A DNA stretch of 64,000 nucleotides from IMG/VR virus record IMGVR_UViG_3300021400_003144. The stretch is one strand, 5' to 3'. Below the pieces are notes generated by a model, which was given only the letters and a program-made list of their open reading frames with translations, had not been told where the DNA came from and searched no databases. The position numbers were made by a program, and so were the translations under genes. Source of the stretch: a virus (Duplodnaviria; Caudoviricetes). Positions 20,928 through 29,162 of the stretch are shown here, piece by piece (position 1 is the stretch's first letter; every line of letters starts with the position of its first letter).

Positions 20928-20981
20928 TTGACAGAATAGAATTAATATGATATTATATATTTGTGAGTGAGAGATAAGAAA
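20928..20981 (+). promoter_or_regulatory. Conserved promoter/leader block copy 1
   Basis: TTGACA-17-TATTAT, with the 37-nt block atatgatattatatatttgtgagtgagagataagaaa shared with 27309 and 44475. Confidence 0.8.
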
Positions 20982-21217
20982 TTATCAAGTATCATTCATG
21001 ACTAGGTAATGAGTCTTATGAAGTGCATTACTAGTTACCTAATGGACTTTACATACATTAGGGCTAAACACGTTGAGTCGTAAGCGTGGTGAGGTTCTAT
21101 CATAGATAGATGAAAGTGACGACCAATAGGAGCAACAGTCACATGAACATCACTTTTCCTCGATATAAGAACACATATTTAAGTACTTCTATACTTAATA
21201 TGTGTTCTTTTTCTTTT
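20962..21217 (+). ncRNA. Putative stand-alone structured RNA or leader ending in a terminator
   Basis: No listed ORF, GC-richer, hairpins (taggtaat/gttaccta, cacg/cgtg, gtgac/gtcac) between promoter and terminator. Confidence 0.45.
21167..21217 (+). terminator. Intrinsic terminator
   Basis: aagaacacatatt-taagta...tacttaatatgtgttctt + T run. Confidence 0.75.
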
Positions 21218-21395
21218 ATAAAAAATATATAAGCAGATATTATTTTTAAATAACTGTAAATTTAAGTATTAGGCAATTAGATAATTTATGTGTAGCATTG
21301 AACTAAGGCATGTAGTATAAATTTAAGGCTATCATGAGTAATAATGTGAAATTTTTAATAATTATTAACTGTAATTATTTTGCACACAAGGATTA

Positions 21396-22226
21396 GTGAC
21401 ATTATATGAAGGGAACAGACATTGCATGACAAATTTACAGGCATTAGACTTAAAAAGTAGGGTACTACATGGAGATTATGATGTAGTTTATCAGCCTATT
21501 GTAGGCAGGGAAGAGTACAAATATACTTTTTATTGTGAGACACTATTCAGGGATCAGAAGAGTGATATAAATGTATTTGATGAGATACAAGTAATAGATA
21601 GACTTGGTCTTAGTAATAAGCTTATAGAGACAGAACTTTATAAAATATGTACTAACTTAGATAGTTATAACATAAAGAATTGTGGATTAAACAGATTTAC
21701 AATAAATATATCTCCAGCTATAATAGATTGCTGTAGAGATGTTCCAGAGATATGTGATATAATGCTTGGGTACATATATAAATATACGAAGCCAGATAGT
21801 ATAGCTTTTGAGTTTACTGAGATGCATAACATATATGACTTTGCAAAGTTAAGAGACTTTGTAAGAATAATGAGAAAGTATGGATTTGAGTTTATGTTTG
21901 ATGATTTTGGTGAAGGAAGCTCAAATTATAGCATGCTATTTCACTTAGAAGATGTTAGAACACTTAAGATAAGTAGAGAGTCTGTCTTGGCATATCTTAA
22001 TAGAGCACCTGGAACAAGGAGTTTTATTGATAGTGTAAATCATCTTAGAGATGAGGGCTATAGTGTAATATGCGAAGGCATTGATACTGATACTAAAAAA
22101 TTCTTAGACTTTATAGATTGTAATTATGTGCAAGGATTTATGTATCATAAACCAATGGATTGGGTAAGTTTAAGAGATAATGTGTTAGAGCCTCAGCGAG
22201 TTCTTTTAGGTGGCTGTTCATATTAA
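21396..22226 (+). CDS. EAL-domain c-di-GMP phosphodiesterase (stand-alone), second copy
   Basis: YQPIV, ETLFR, INISP, FEFTE, DDFGEGSS, EGI, QGFMYHKP. Confidence 0.85.
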   Translation: MTLYEGNRHCMTNLQALDLKSRVLHGDYDVVYQPIVGREEYKYTFYCETLFRDQKSDINVFDEIQVIDRLGLSNKLIETELYKICTNLDSYNIKNCGLNRFTINISPAIIDCCRDVPEICDIMLGYIYKYTKPDSIAFEFTEMHNIYDFAKLRDFVRIMRKYGFEFMFDDFGEGSSNYSMLFHLEDVRTLKISRESVLAYLNRAPGTRSFIDSVNHLRDEGYSVICEGIDTDTKKFLDFIDCNYVQGFMYHKPMDWVSLRDNVLEPQRVLLGGCSY

Positions 22227-22328
22227 CCTTTAAATATAAACATTTTTATTAAGTAATATAGCATTGATACATACATATATTTGAATATATGTATGTATTT
22301 TATTTTATAGCTATTGGAGGGTAGTAGT

Positions 22329-22817
22329 ATGAATGAAGAGTTTGATACTCAGAACAGTGGGCATGTTAATTTAAACAAGAATAGTCCTGAATATACTAAT
22401 AATCAGAATTATGGTAATAATCAGAACTATGCTAATAATCAGAACTATGCTAATAATCAGAACTATGGGGCATCTGATTTCTTTAATCAGCCATTTGTAG
22501 GAAATCAGAATGTTAATAGACCTAATGAAAATGTTGATATGTACAATGTGTCTAATCCTCATATGCAGAACTACCAGGGAACAAATTATGCATCTGAATA
22601 TGGTGAAGTAGGCATTGGAGTGTGGTTTCTGTTGATATTAGGAAGTCTGTTTCCTTTTATAAACTTAGCAATGTTTGTTATAGTTGCAATATGTGCTAGA
22701 AATAGAAGTCTCAAGAATTATTGTAAGGCTATGTTAATATATGCTGCAATTTGTGTAGTGTTAATGATAATTTGGTTCTTAATAACATTTGGAATATACA
22801 TTTCTACAAATACCTAA
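22329..22817 (+). CDS. Membrane protein with N/Q-rich repeat N-terminus
   Basis: GGAGG RBS; NNQNY repeats; C-terminal TM helices. Confidence 0.7.
   Translation: MNEEFDTQNSGHVNLNKNSPEYTNNQNYGNNQNYANNQNYANNQNYGASDFFNQPFVGNQNVNRPNENVDMYNVSNPHMQNYQGTNYASEYGEVGIGVWFLLILGSLFPFINLAMFVIVAICARNRSLKNYCKAMLIYAAICVVLMIIWFLITFGIYISTNT
22398..22469 (+). repeat. 4 x 18-bp coding repeat (NNQNYA/G)
   Basis: aataatcagaactatgct units. Confidence 0.85.
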
Positions 22818-22879
22818 TGTAGAAATGAAAGTGTTTAATTAATTTGAATAAAAGTAATATATAATAAAGGAGTGTTTAA

Positions 22880-24097
22880 ATGATTAAGAAAGCAGCAGTT
22901 GTTGGAGTATTGTTAGCTACTGGAATTGCAAGTGTAACAGCTTGTGGTAAGAAAGAAGCTAGTAGACAGGCAGTAGAAACTAGTGTTTCAACAGAAGATA
23001 CTAATAAGGCTGAAAGTTCAGCAGAGAGTGACTCTTCTGAAAGCAGTAATTATACTGATAGAGAGCAGTTTCTGATAGATAGGTCATCAGCTTTTATCAA
23101 CTATATTATGGATGCTAATTATGAAGAAGCTTATAAAATGACCTATGAGTATGCTACTAATAGTCCATTTGTAAGTTTAGATGGATTTAAGCATGGCATA
23201 GAAGATGGACTAGGAACACCTAGCAATTCAGCTATGACATCTGAGTTTAGAAAAATTGCAGGAAGTAAGGCAGACTTAGGTGAGCCTGAGATACTAGGTG
23301 ATAATGTGTATTATACTATAGGTGATGAAACTTATAGAATAAAAATGATTGACTTAGCTACTGATGAAAATTATGGTTGCATACTTTTAACTAGCACTGA
23401 CATTATATGGAGTAATGTACCATTTAGGATAAACAAAGCATTTAAGTTTACAGTTGATGGAATAGAGCAAGAGGCATCTAAGGAAGATGGTGATTTCAAT
23501 ATCTATAATATTGATGCTCTTGATGCTAACAGTCATACATATGAAGTATCCTATGGTGACCATACAAATAAATATGAAGGAACATATGGAGAAATAGTTG
23601 ATGCAAATCCTTCAAAAGATTCAGCAATAATATTAAGCGTAACTCCTACAGAAGAAGAGGAAGCTGAGATAACCACGGCATTGAAAGATATAGTTCAGGG
23701 TATGTTTAATGATTATGTTGACAGTGGTATGGACATTGAGTCTTTGAAGAAGTACACTACAGATGATGTGGAAGGTTTAGATGAAACAGAGGCTAAGCTA
23801 ACTGGTACTTTTGGTATAAATAAAGATAAGCATGATATAAAGATATTAGATTTAGAAAAGAGAAGTATTGACCTTGGTGGGTACCCTGCATACTGGATAA
23901 TTGGTAATGGTGACATTAAGTGCTACTTCCAATTAACTAAGAACTATGGTGATTATGCATGGGATGTTACTAAGAAAAACTTTGGTGCACTTACTCTTAG
24001 AAAGATGGATGACGGTACATATAAGATATCAGATTTCAACAGTGACTTTGGCGGTGGGCTTTATGACTTTAATCAGTATGCAGACAATGATTTTTAA
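22880..24097 (+). CDS. Lipoprotein
   Basis: Lipobox VTAC, S/E-rich linker. Confidence 0.75.
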   Translation: MIKKAAVVGVLLATGIASVTACGKKEASRQAVETSVSTEDTNKAESSAESDSSESSNYTDREQFLIDRSSAFINYIMDANYEEAYKMTYEYATNSPFVSLDGFKHGIEDGLGTPSNSAMTSEFRKIAGSKADLGEPEILGDNVYYTIGDETYRIKMIDLATDENYGCILLTSTDIIWSNVPFRINKAFKFTVDGIEQEASKEDGDFNIYNIDALDANSHTYEVSYGDHTNKYEGTYGEIVDANPSKDSAIILSVTPTEEEEAEITTALKDIVQGMFNDYVDSGMDIESLKKYTTDDVEGLDETEAKLTGTFGINKDKHDIKILDLEKRSIDLGGYPAYWIIGNGDIKCYFQLTKNYGDYAWDVTKKNFGALTLRKMDDGTYKISDFNSDFGGGLYDFNQYADNDF

Positions 24098-24280
24098 AGA
24101 TAAAGTATAATATAGGCAGTAAAACTAAATTGGAGCTTATTAATATTATAAGATATATTAATAAGTATTTGGTTTAGCATAAGATAAGGGAGCATACAAA
24201 AAGCCCGAGCAGATTCTGTACCTGCCCGAGCCATTGTTAAGGGAATTTATTATATAGGTTGTTCACCTATTTGATATATT

Positions 24281-24595
24281 TCACCTCGCTGTTATACCTT
24301 CTGTTAAGCTGTTGCCATTAATATCTAGGTACTGACCATTTACTTCTGTGTAAGGTACTAAATATCCATCTTCTCCGAAGTAAACCTTTTCCTTTTTACC
24401 ATCTCCGTCAGTATCCATCCAGGACCATACATCTCTAAGTTTTTCCTTAGGCATGTTGTATTCCCAGTATTTTCCAAAAGGGTCCTGTTTTAATGTTCCT
24501 GCATCAGATGGTTCTCTAACACAAGCTGCAAAACTTGTAATTCCTATTGATGTGACTGCAATGGTAGTTGCAATCAGTAAACCTAACTTCTTCAT
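24281..24595 (-). CDS. Small secreted protein with cell-wall-binding-like motif
   Basis: Signal peptide (ITSFA), WSWMDTDGDG..VYFGEDGYL; GGAGG RBS on minus strand. Confidence 0.7.
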   Translation of the reverse strand: MKKLGLLIATTIAVTSIGITSFAACVREPSDAGTLKQDPFGKYWEYNMPKEKLRDVWSWMDTDGDGKKEKVYFGEDGYLVPYTEVNGQYLDINGNSLTEGITAR

Positions 24596-24749
24596 ACTAT
24601 CCTCCTTAACAATTAAAATATTTTATAATGCTTATTAATTTTGTCAATATAATTATAGCACAAGTTGAAGTAGAAATATATAGTTTCAATAAATTTTTTA
24701 TTTTTAAGAGTATTTTTAAGAATTTGAGAATAAAAAGTTGAAAAAAGTG

Positions 24750-24953
24750 TTGACAAGATAAAATAAAAGTGATAATATTTATATATGAGGTTGAGAGAAA
24801 CGAACTTCATAAATAAAAAGTTGAAAAAAGTGTTGACAAGATATCTAAAATATGATAAGATATGGGAGTGAAAAAGTTAAGAAGTAGGCTTTTAGGTCTT
24901 AGTGAGAATTTTTTAAAAAAGTTCTTGACAGATGGAGTTAAATCTGATAAGAT
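24750..24953 (+). promoter_or_regulatory. Three tandem sigmaA promoters driving the RNA island
   Basis: TTGACA at 24750, 24833, 24925, each 17 nt from TAATAT/TAAGAT with TG extension and A-tract UP-like elements. Confidence 0.85.
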
Positions 24954-25030
24954 GTAGGAGTTGAAAGAGTTTAAGAGCTTTTTCAATAAAAATTAAATCT
25001 GGTGTTCACTTGCCAGAGCATCAGATATTT

Positions 25031-25121
25031 GGAGATGTACTCAAGTTGGCTGAAGAGGAGCCCCTGCTAAGGGTTTAGGTCGTTTGAAAGCGACGCGCTG
25101 GTTCGAATCCAGTCATCTCCG
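25031..25121 (+). tRNA. tRNA-Ser(GCT)
   Basis: ggagatg/catctcc; loop ctgctaa; long variable arm. Confidence 0.9.
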
Positions 25122-25230
25122 TTAGTTTAAGTGAAAGGAGACAAGCGGATTTATTATATGGAGCTAAGGAAATGGATAGATAGCCTTAGCGAAGTATGGT
25201 AAGGCTGATACCAATGGGTAATTAAACTAA
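25122..25230 (+). ncRNA. Unclassified RNA motif A, copy 1
   Basis: ttagtttaa/ttaaactaa closing stem; GAAAGGAG and ACCAATGGGTAA shared with 25447-25552. Confidence 0.5.
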
Positions 25231-25265
25231 TACATATTAAAATTTAAAATATTTATAGAAAATAA

Positions 25266-25338
25266 TGCCTTGATGATGAGCTACTGAGGTAGACTCATAG
25301 AGAATCTGGTGATAGTATTCTAGGCTCTTGACTATCAC
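25266..25338 (+). ncRNA. Unclassified pseudoknotted RNA motif B, copy 1
   Basis: gtgatagt/actatcac hairpin whose loop pairs with upstream gcct and agaat. Confidence 0.5.
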
Positions 25339-25351
25339 ACATAAGATAAAT

Positions 25352-25427
25352 TGAGATGTAGCTCAGAGGGCAAGAGCAGATGATGCTTAAGAATCATGTG
25401 TCGTGAGTTCGAGTCTCACCATCTCAG
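25352..25427 (+). tRNA. tRNA-like RNA with atypical 8-nt anticodon loop
   Basis: tgagatg/catctca, normal D and T arms; atgat-gcttaaga-atcat. Confidence 0.65.
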
Positions 25428-25446
25428 CTAGGCGCTAAGCCTTATA

Positions 25447-25552
25447 ATTGTATAGAAGATTATATTCTGGAAAGGAGTAAGGCAGGTTATCACAGCTTAG
25501 ATGCTGGTGGGAGCAGACCGAGACCAATGGGTAAATAAATTAAGTATACAAT
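25447..25552 (+). ncRNA. Unclassified RNA motif A, copy 2
   Basis: attgtata/tatacaat closing stem; GAAAGGAG...ACCAATGGGTAA. Confidence 0.5.
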
Positions 25553-25572
25553 AAAATTAATATATAATTGAC

Positions 25573-25662
25573 AGACTTGAATGATGGATGCTATCAGAAA
25601 ATTGCAGATTGCAGGGGCTTTCATAAAGAATCAGTGATACTATTCTTGAGTCTTGAGTATCA
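25573..25662 (+). ncRNA. Unclassified pseudoknotted RNA motif B, copy 2
   Basis: tgatact/agtatca hairpin; loop pairs with gactt and aagaat. Confidence 0.5.
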
Positions 25663-25675
25663 ATTACAATTAAAT

Positions 25676-26284
25676 ATAGAAGTCATTAATATGGTAGTGA
25701 GTTTAACTCAGTGAAGTCATCTTAATCAAATGGCTGAGACACGATTCGTAAGAAGCTAACTTTTAGTTAATGGGGGTACTCTTAACTGATGGTCTTGGAA
25801 TACAGTGATGTGTTTTGAGGTAACAGCAAAATGGTTGTGCGGCTCAGGATTGTGGTACTATATTAATCGCCAGTTAAAGCAGCATTCTCATGGTTCCCGC
25901 AATAGACGCTCCAGTGGAGAATAACCCTGATGCCTATAGATTGGTAGTCTATAGGAGATGCAAGTAAGGGAAATACCAAAACAAGGGAATTTGTCGTGAT
26001 ACTATTGAAAGATAGCTATAACATGAGTTTGGTGTACAAGTAGCTCAAGACAGTAATTCTAATGATCAATTGGAATTTTCCAATACAAGGAAAAATAATC
26101 TGAATGATGGGTGAAAGTTGTTGGTAGTCAGTCCAGCGGCAGAGTTGGTACTTAGTACTGGGGCAAAAAGCTATAGGGTCGCTCTCTATGGTTCAGGTTT
26201 GTCTCCTGTGTAGCTTAATAAACTGGAAGTTTAAATGTAGCAGGCGGAAACGGCAGACTCATTACCATATTAATGACTTTTATA
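25676..26284 (+). ncRNA. Large ornate ncRNA, probably ROOL
   Basis: ~610 nt closed by ~25-bp terminal helix (aagtcattaatatggtagtgagttt / agactcattaccatattaatgactt); tRNA-cluster context; 3' part tctgaatgatgggtgaaagttg...gcaaaaag..agggtcgctc resembles ROOL as recalled from memory. Confidence 0.65.
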
Positions 26285-26648
26285 TATTAAATACACGTTA
26301 AGTTTATTAATCTCAAGGGCAGTAGAGTTAATTTAGTTAACTATTTGGTGTCATAACCATACTGTCTATCAAGTAATAATACATTAAGTGCTATTACTAG
26401 ACATTAGAAATTCATGTAGAACTCCTCAAATGGGCTTCAGAGGATAGGGTAAGTGAGTAAAAGGCAGCCCTATAGGCAAGCTAAGTTGGCTTGATGACAT
26501 TGTGGAATAGACACATTAAGGTGCTGGGATGTATCTATACTTACTTTCGGTTGCAGTTAGTAAGTGAACCGGATTTACCGGATTAATAAGAGCAACATGA
26601 GTGATATACATTTTCGGATTGGTCAAATGGTTTATATCACCCATTACA

Positions 26649-26894
26649 TAATTAAGGTCTATCCTGCTCGTCTTAACTGGGTTGAGTAGGGGAGAGAAAG
26701 AAAGCTCTAGTATAGGCTGTGGTTCTATTAAAATGAACTACTACGAAAAGAGTCAGGAAATCTGAATGATACGTAGTGCTGTAAGGTTAGAAACTACAGT
26801 GTGGGAGGGACTTATAGGGCAGAGTTAACGACTCTGAGACGCTTCCTAATAAATGCACCGTGCAACTCGGTAAAGCCTATGTAGACCTTAATTA
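26649..26894 (+). ncRNA. Unclassified ~245-nt structured RNA
   Basis: Perfect 13-bp closing stem taattaaggtcta/tagaccttaatta; inner ataggct/agcctat; T-loop-like accg-tgcaact-cggt. Confidence 0.55.
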
Positions 26895-26897
26895 ATA

Positions 26898-27000
26898 TGG
26901 AATGTAGCTCAAACAGGTAGAGAGCTTAGCAAGATTTTTCTTGTAAAATGCTAATGCTTATGCAGATACATTGATGGTAGTTCGATTCTACCCATTCCAT
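26898..27000 (+). ncRNA. tRNA-like RNA with rebuilt anticodon domain
   Basis: tggaatg/cattcca, D arm gctc..gagc, T arm ggtag-ttcgatt-ctacc; non-canonical middle. Confidence 0.65.
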
Positions 27001-27084
27001 TTGCTAACTGTAGTTGGCAAAGTTGTTCATTTTTTATAAACCTCATTAGGTGGGAACTGGTAAATACAGTTCCCATTTATTATC

Positions 27085-27156
27085 AGCGCTATCGCCAAGA
27101 GGTAAGGCAGAGGACTTTGATTCCTCAATTCATGGGTTCGAATCCCATTGGCGTTG
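27085..27156 (+). tRNA. tRNA-Gln(TTG)
   Basis: gagga-ctttgat-tcctc; atggg-ttcgaat-cccat. Confidence 0.9.
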
Positions 27157-27257
27157 GTCAGGGAAAGATTCAGGTTAGAGTCCTGGCTAGCTTAGTTCGG
27201 ACCATCTGTGAGGGTGTGTTAGTAGTTTAATGGTATAGAACATTCCCTAATATGATT
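27157..27257 (+). ncRNA. Circularly permuted tRNA-like RNA (YrlA/Y RNA-like)
   Basis: T arm precedes D arm; ctagc/gttag acceptor closed by loop; gggaa/ttccc as terminal stem. Confidence 0.5.
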
Positions 27258-27291
27258 GAGAAAAAAAATAAAAAAGTTTTTGAAAAAAGTA

Positions 27292-27347
27292 TTGACGAAA
27301 TATATGGTATATGATATTATATATTTGTGAGTGAGAGAGATAAGAAA
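27292..27347 (+). promoter_or_regulatory. Conserved promoter/leader block copy 2
   Basis: TTGACG-17-TATTAT plus shared block (2-nt GA insertion). Confidence 0.8.
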
Positions 27348-27498
27348 TAGAAATATGAATTGAAGATACTGTCTCTTGTAAGCGTAGACATTAAATAAAA
27401 CTTTCTGACAATCTAATGATTAGGGCTGATGCAATAGAGTATACACTATTGGGAAAAGAGATTCATCAGTGGAGCGGTGGTAACGTCTCATTAAATAA

Positions 27499-27582
27499 GC
27501 TGGAGTGGCGAAATAGGCAGACGCACGGGACTTAAAATCCCGAGAAGGAAACTTCGTGAGGGTTCAACTCCCTTCTCCAGCA
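27499..27582 (+). tRNA. tRNA-Leu(TAA)
   Basis: gctggag/ctccagc; cggga-cttaaaa-tcccg; variable arm. Confidence 0.9.
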
Positions 27583-27639
27583 TGTGTTACAGAGTATCTG
27601 TAACCATAAACTGTACAGTTTGAATGAATTTTTATGAAT

Positions 27640-27942
27640 TTTGGTGTAAGACCAATATGTCTGATAAGATGCCTAGAGGAATAGCAGACCCCATAAGAAC
27701 CTGTTCTTGTCAGATGAACCGCAAGAGAGCGGGCAACTAAGGACTAGCGTTTCAGGCTACGAAAAGCCGTAGGATGATTAACTTGACAGTGGGAATAGGG
27801 TGCATGTGCTGAGATGTGGAGCATTAGGGCTGAGAAGCATCAAGATATGACTAGGTTGGTTGAGAACCTAGCTGAAATGTCAACCCTCATCAGTGGTGAA
27901 GATACTCGAAAAGAGTATATAGTCATAAAGGTTAAACTGTCA
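27640..27942 (+). ncRNA. Unclassified structured RNA(s) upstream of tmRNA
   Basis: GC-rich, no listed ORF; tctgataaga/tcttgtcaga, tgacagt/actgtca, tatgact/agtcata stems. Confidence 0.4.
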
Positions 27943-27952
27943 TTTTGATTTT

Positions 27953-28340
27953 GGGGTAGTACTGGTTTCGACGGGGTACTACAAGTTAAATAAGCATGCA
28001 GATGGTGTCAGTGAACATCTTAAAAAACATTGGCAAGAAATAAAGTTCAATCAGAACAGACCAGTAGCGATGGCTGCTTAATCCCTTTGTAAGGGATACC
28101 ATCTAGGATTTAATCCTATAAAGCATTTAGTAGCGGTGTGTACCCTAACGCTAGATGCCTAAAAGTAAAGTACTCAAGATTGGTTTAATGAGTGTGATAA
28201 CTAGTCTCTGAAAACACTCTGAGGTAGTCATATGGAGGCGCTGTCCACCAAGTGACGCTTTATAAATAGTAAAACCAGACAAGCATGTAGAAAGTTTAAT
28301 GGAAGTGTTTCGGACAGGGGTTCGATTCCCCTCTACTCCA
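27953..28340 (+). ncRNA. ssrA: tmRNA
   Basis: 5' ggggtagtactggtttcgacgggg; 3' gacaggggttcgattcccctctactcca; tag frame 28046-28081 FNQNRPVAMAA*. Confidence 0.92.
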
Positions 28341-28440
28341 TGAGCGGTTTAAATGAACTGCTAACCGGTAAGGGTTCCATGTATACATCCGGTCAGAAAA
28401 TGGAACATGGTGGTGGACATAGACGGTTGAGTCTATAAAA

Positions 28441-28570
28441 AATGCAGTGATTGGAAAAGACAGACATTACAAATTGTACAGTGATGAGAACCCTGGCTGT
28501 GCAATGTATCATGTAGGAGTAAGGGTCTCCACTGTAGGGTGACAAGGTGTTACAAATCCCTACCTGCATA
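28441..28570 (+). ncRNA. tRNA-like RNA with extended anticodon arm and T-loop insertion
   Basis: atgcag/ctgcat; gtaggg...caaat-ccctac; long attgtacagt/gctgtgcaat arm. Confidence 0.5.
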
Positions 28571-28591
28571 AAAAGGTTGAAAACTAATACT

Positions 28592-28780
28592 AATGTGGTG
28601 GCGGAATAGACACTATACTGGGTACAGATAGTGGTAAAGCATATAGAGAGGCATTAAGACTTCGGTGACATATGCAATAGTAGACGCTATGATTGTCATT
28701 TCAAGATGATGCAGTAACTAAGAATTGATACTGTCAGTTAAAAAGCAATTCATGTAAGGTGCAAATCCTTATCCACGTTA
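28592..28780 (+). ncRNA. tRNA-Leu-like scaffold with large D-loop insertion
   Basis: aatgtgg/ccacgtt; tggcggaatag...gtagacgc split by ~70 nt; gtaagg-tgcaaat-ccttat. Confidence 0.55.
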
Positions 28781-28805
28781 TAAGTATTAAGATAGTGAGG
28801 TTTAA

Positions 28806-29153
28806 ATGTTAGTAGCAGTTAGAGCTTATGAGGGTATGTATCAAGGACTTCATGGAATTGAGGAAATTGATATTTTGGATGTAAATGATGTATCTGAGGT
28901 AAATGACTGGGGTGATGCATGTTCTAATCAGCTTATAGAAAGTTATGGGTTAGAAGATGAATACCTTGAGGACTCAGAAGATGGTACTATAGAGGGTTCC
29001 AGTTGCTATTGTGATAGAGGTTGGGAAGCTCATAAGGTTAAGGAAGATACTGGATTAAATATTGAAGATTTACTCAGTATTCTTAATGATGAACTTGGAT
29101 ATGATGAGTTTGTTAAGAAATACTGTGAGAAAGAATATTTAGACCTTGGATAA
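28806..29153 (+). CDS. Small acidic hypothetical protein within RNA island
   Basis: 115-aa ORF with GAGG RBS. Confidence 0.7.
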   Translation: MLVAVRAYEGMYQGLHGIEEIDILDVNDVSEVNDWGDACSNQLIESYGLEDEYLEDSEDGTIEGSSCYCDRGWEAHKVKEDTGLNIEDLLSILNDELGYDEFVKKYCEKEYLDLG

Positions 29154-29162
29154 GGTCTTTTT

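Noticed and set aside
20990-21160. c-di-GMP riboswitch or pistol ribozyme
   Set aside because: Only short word matches (TTAGGGC, GCAAC); required pairings not found.
27640-27790. RNase P RNA
   Set aside because: GAGGAA and GGCAA-like words are present, but the GAAAGTCC / AACnnGGCTTA P4 signature is missing.
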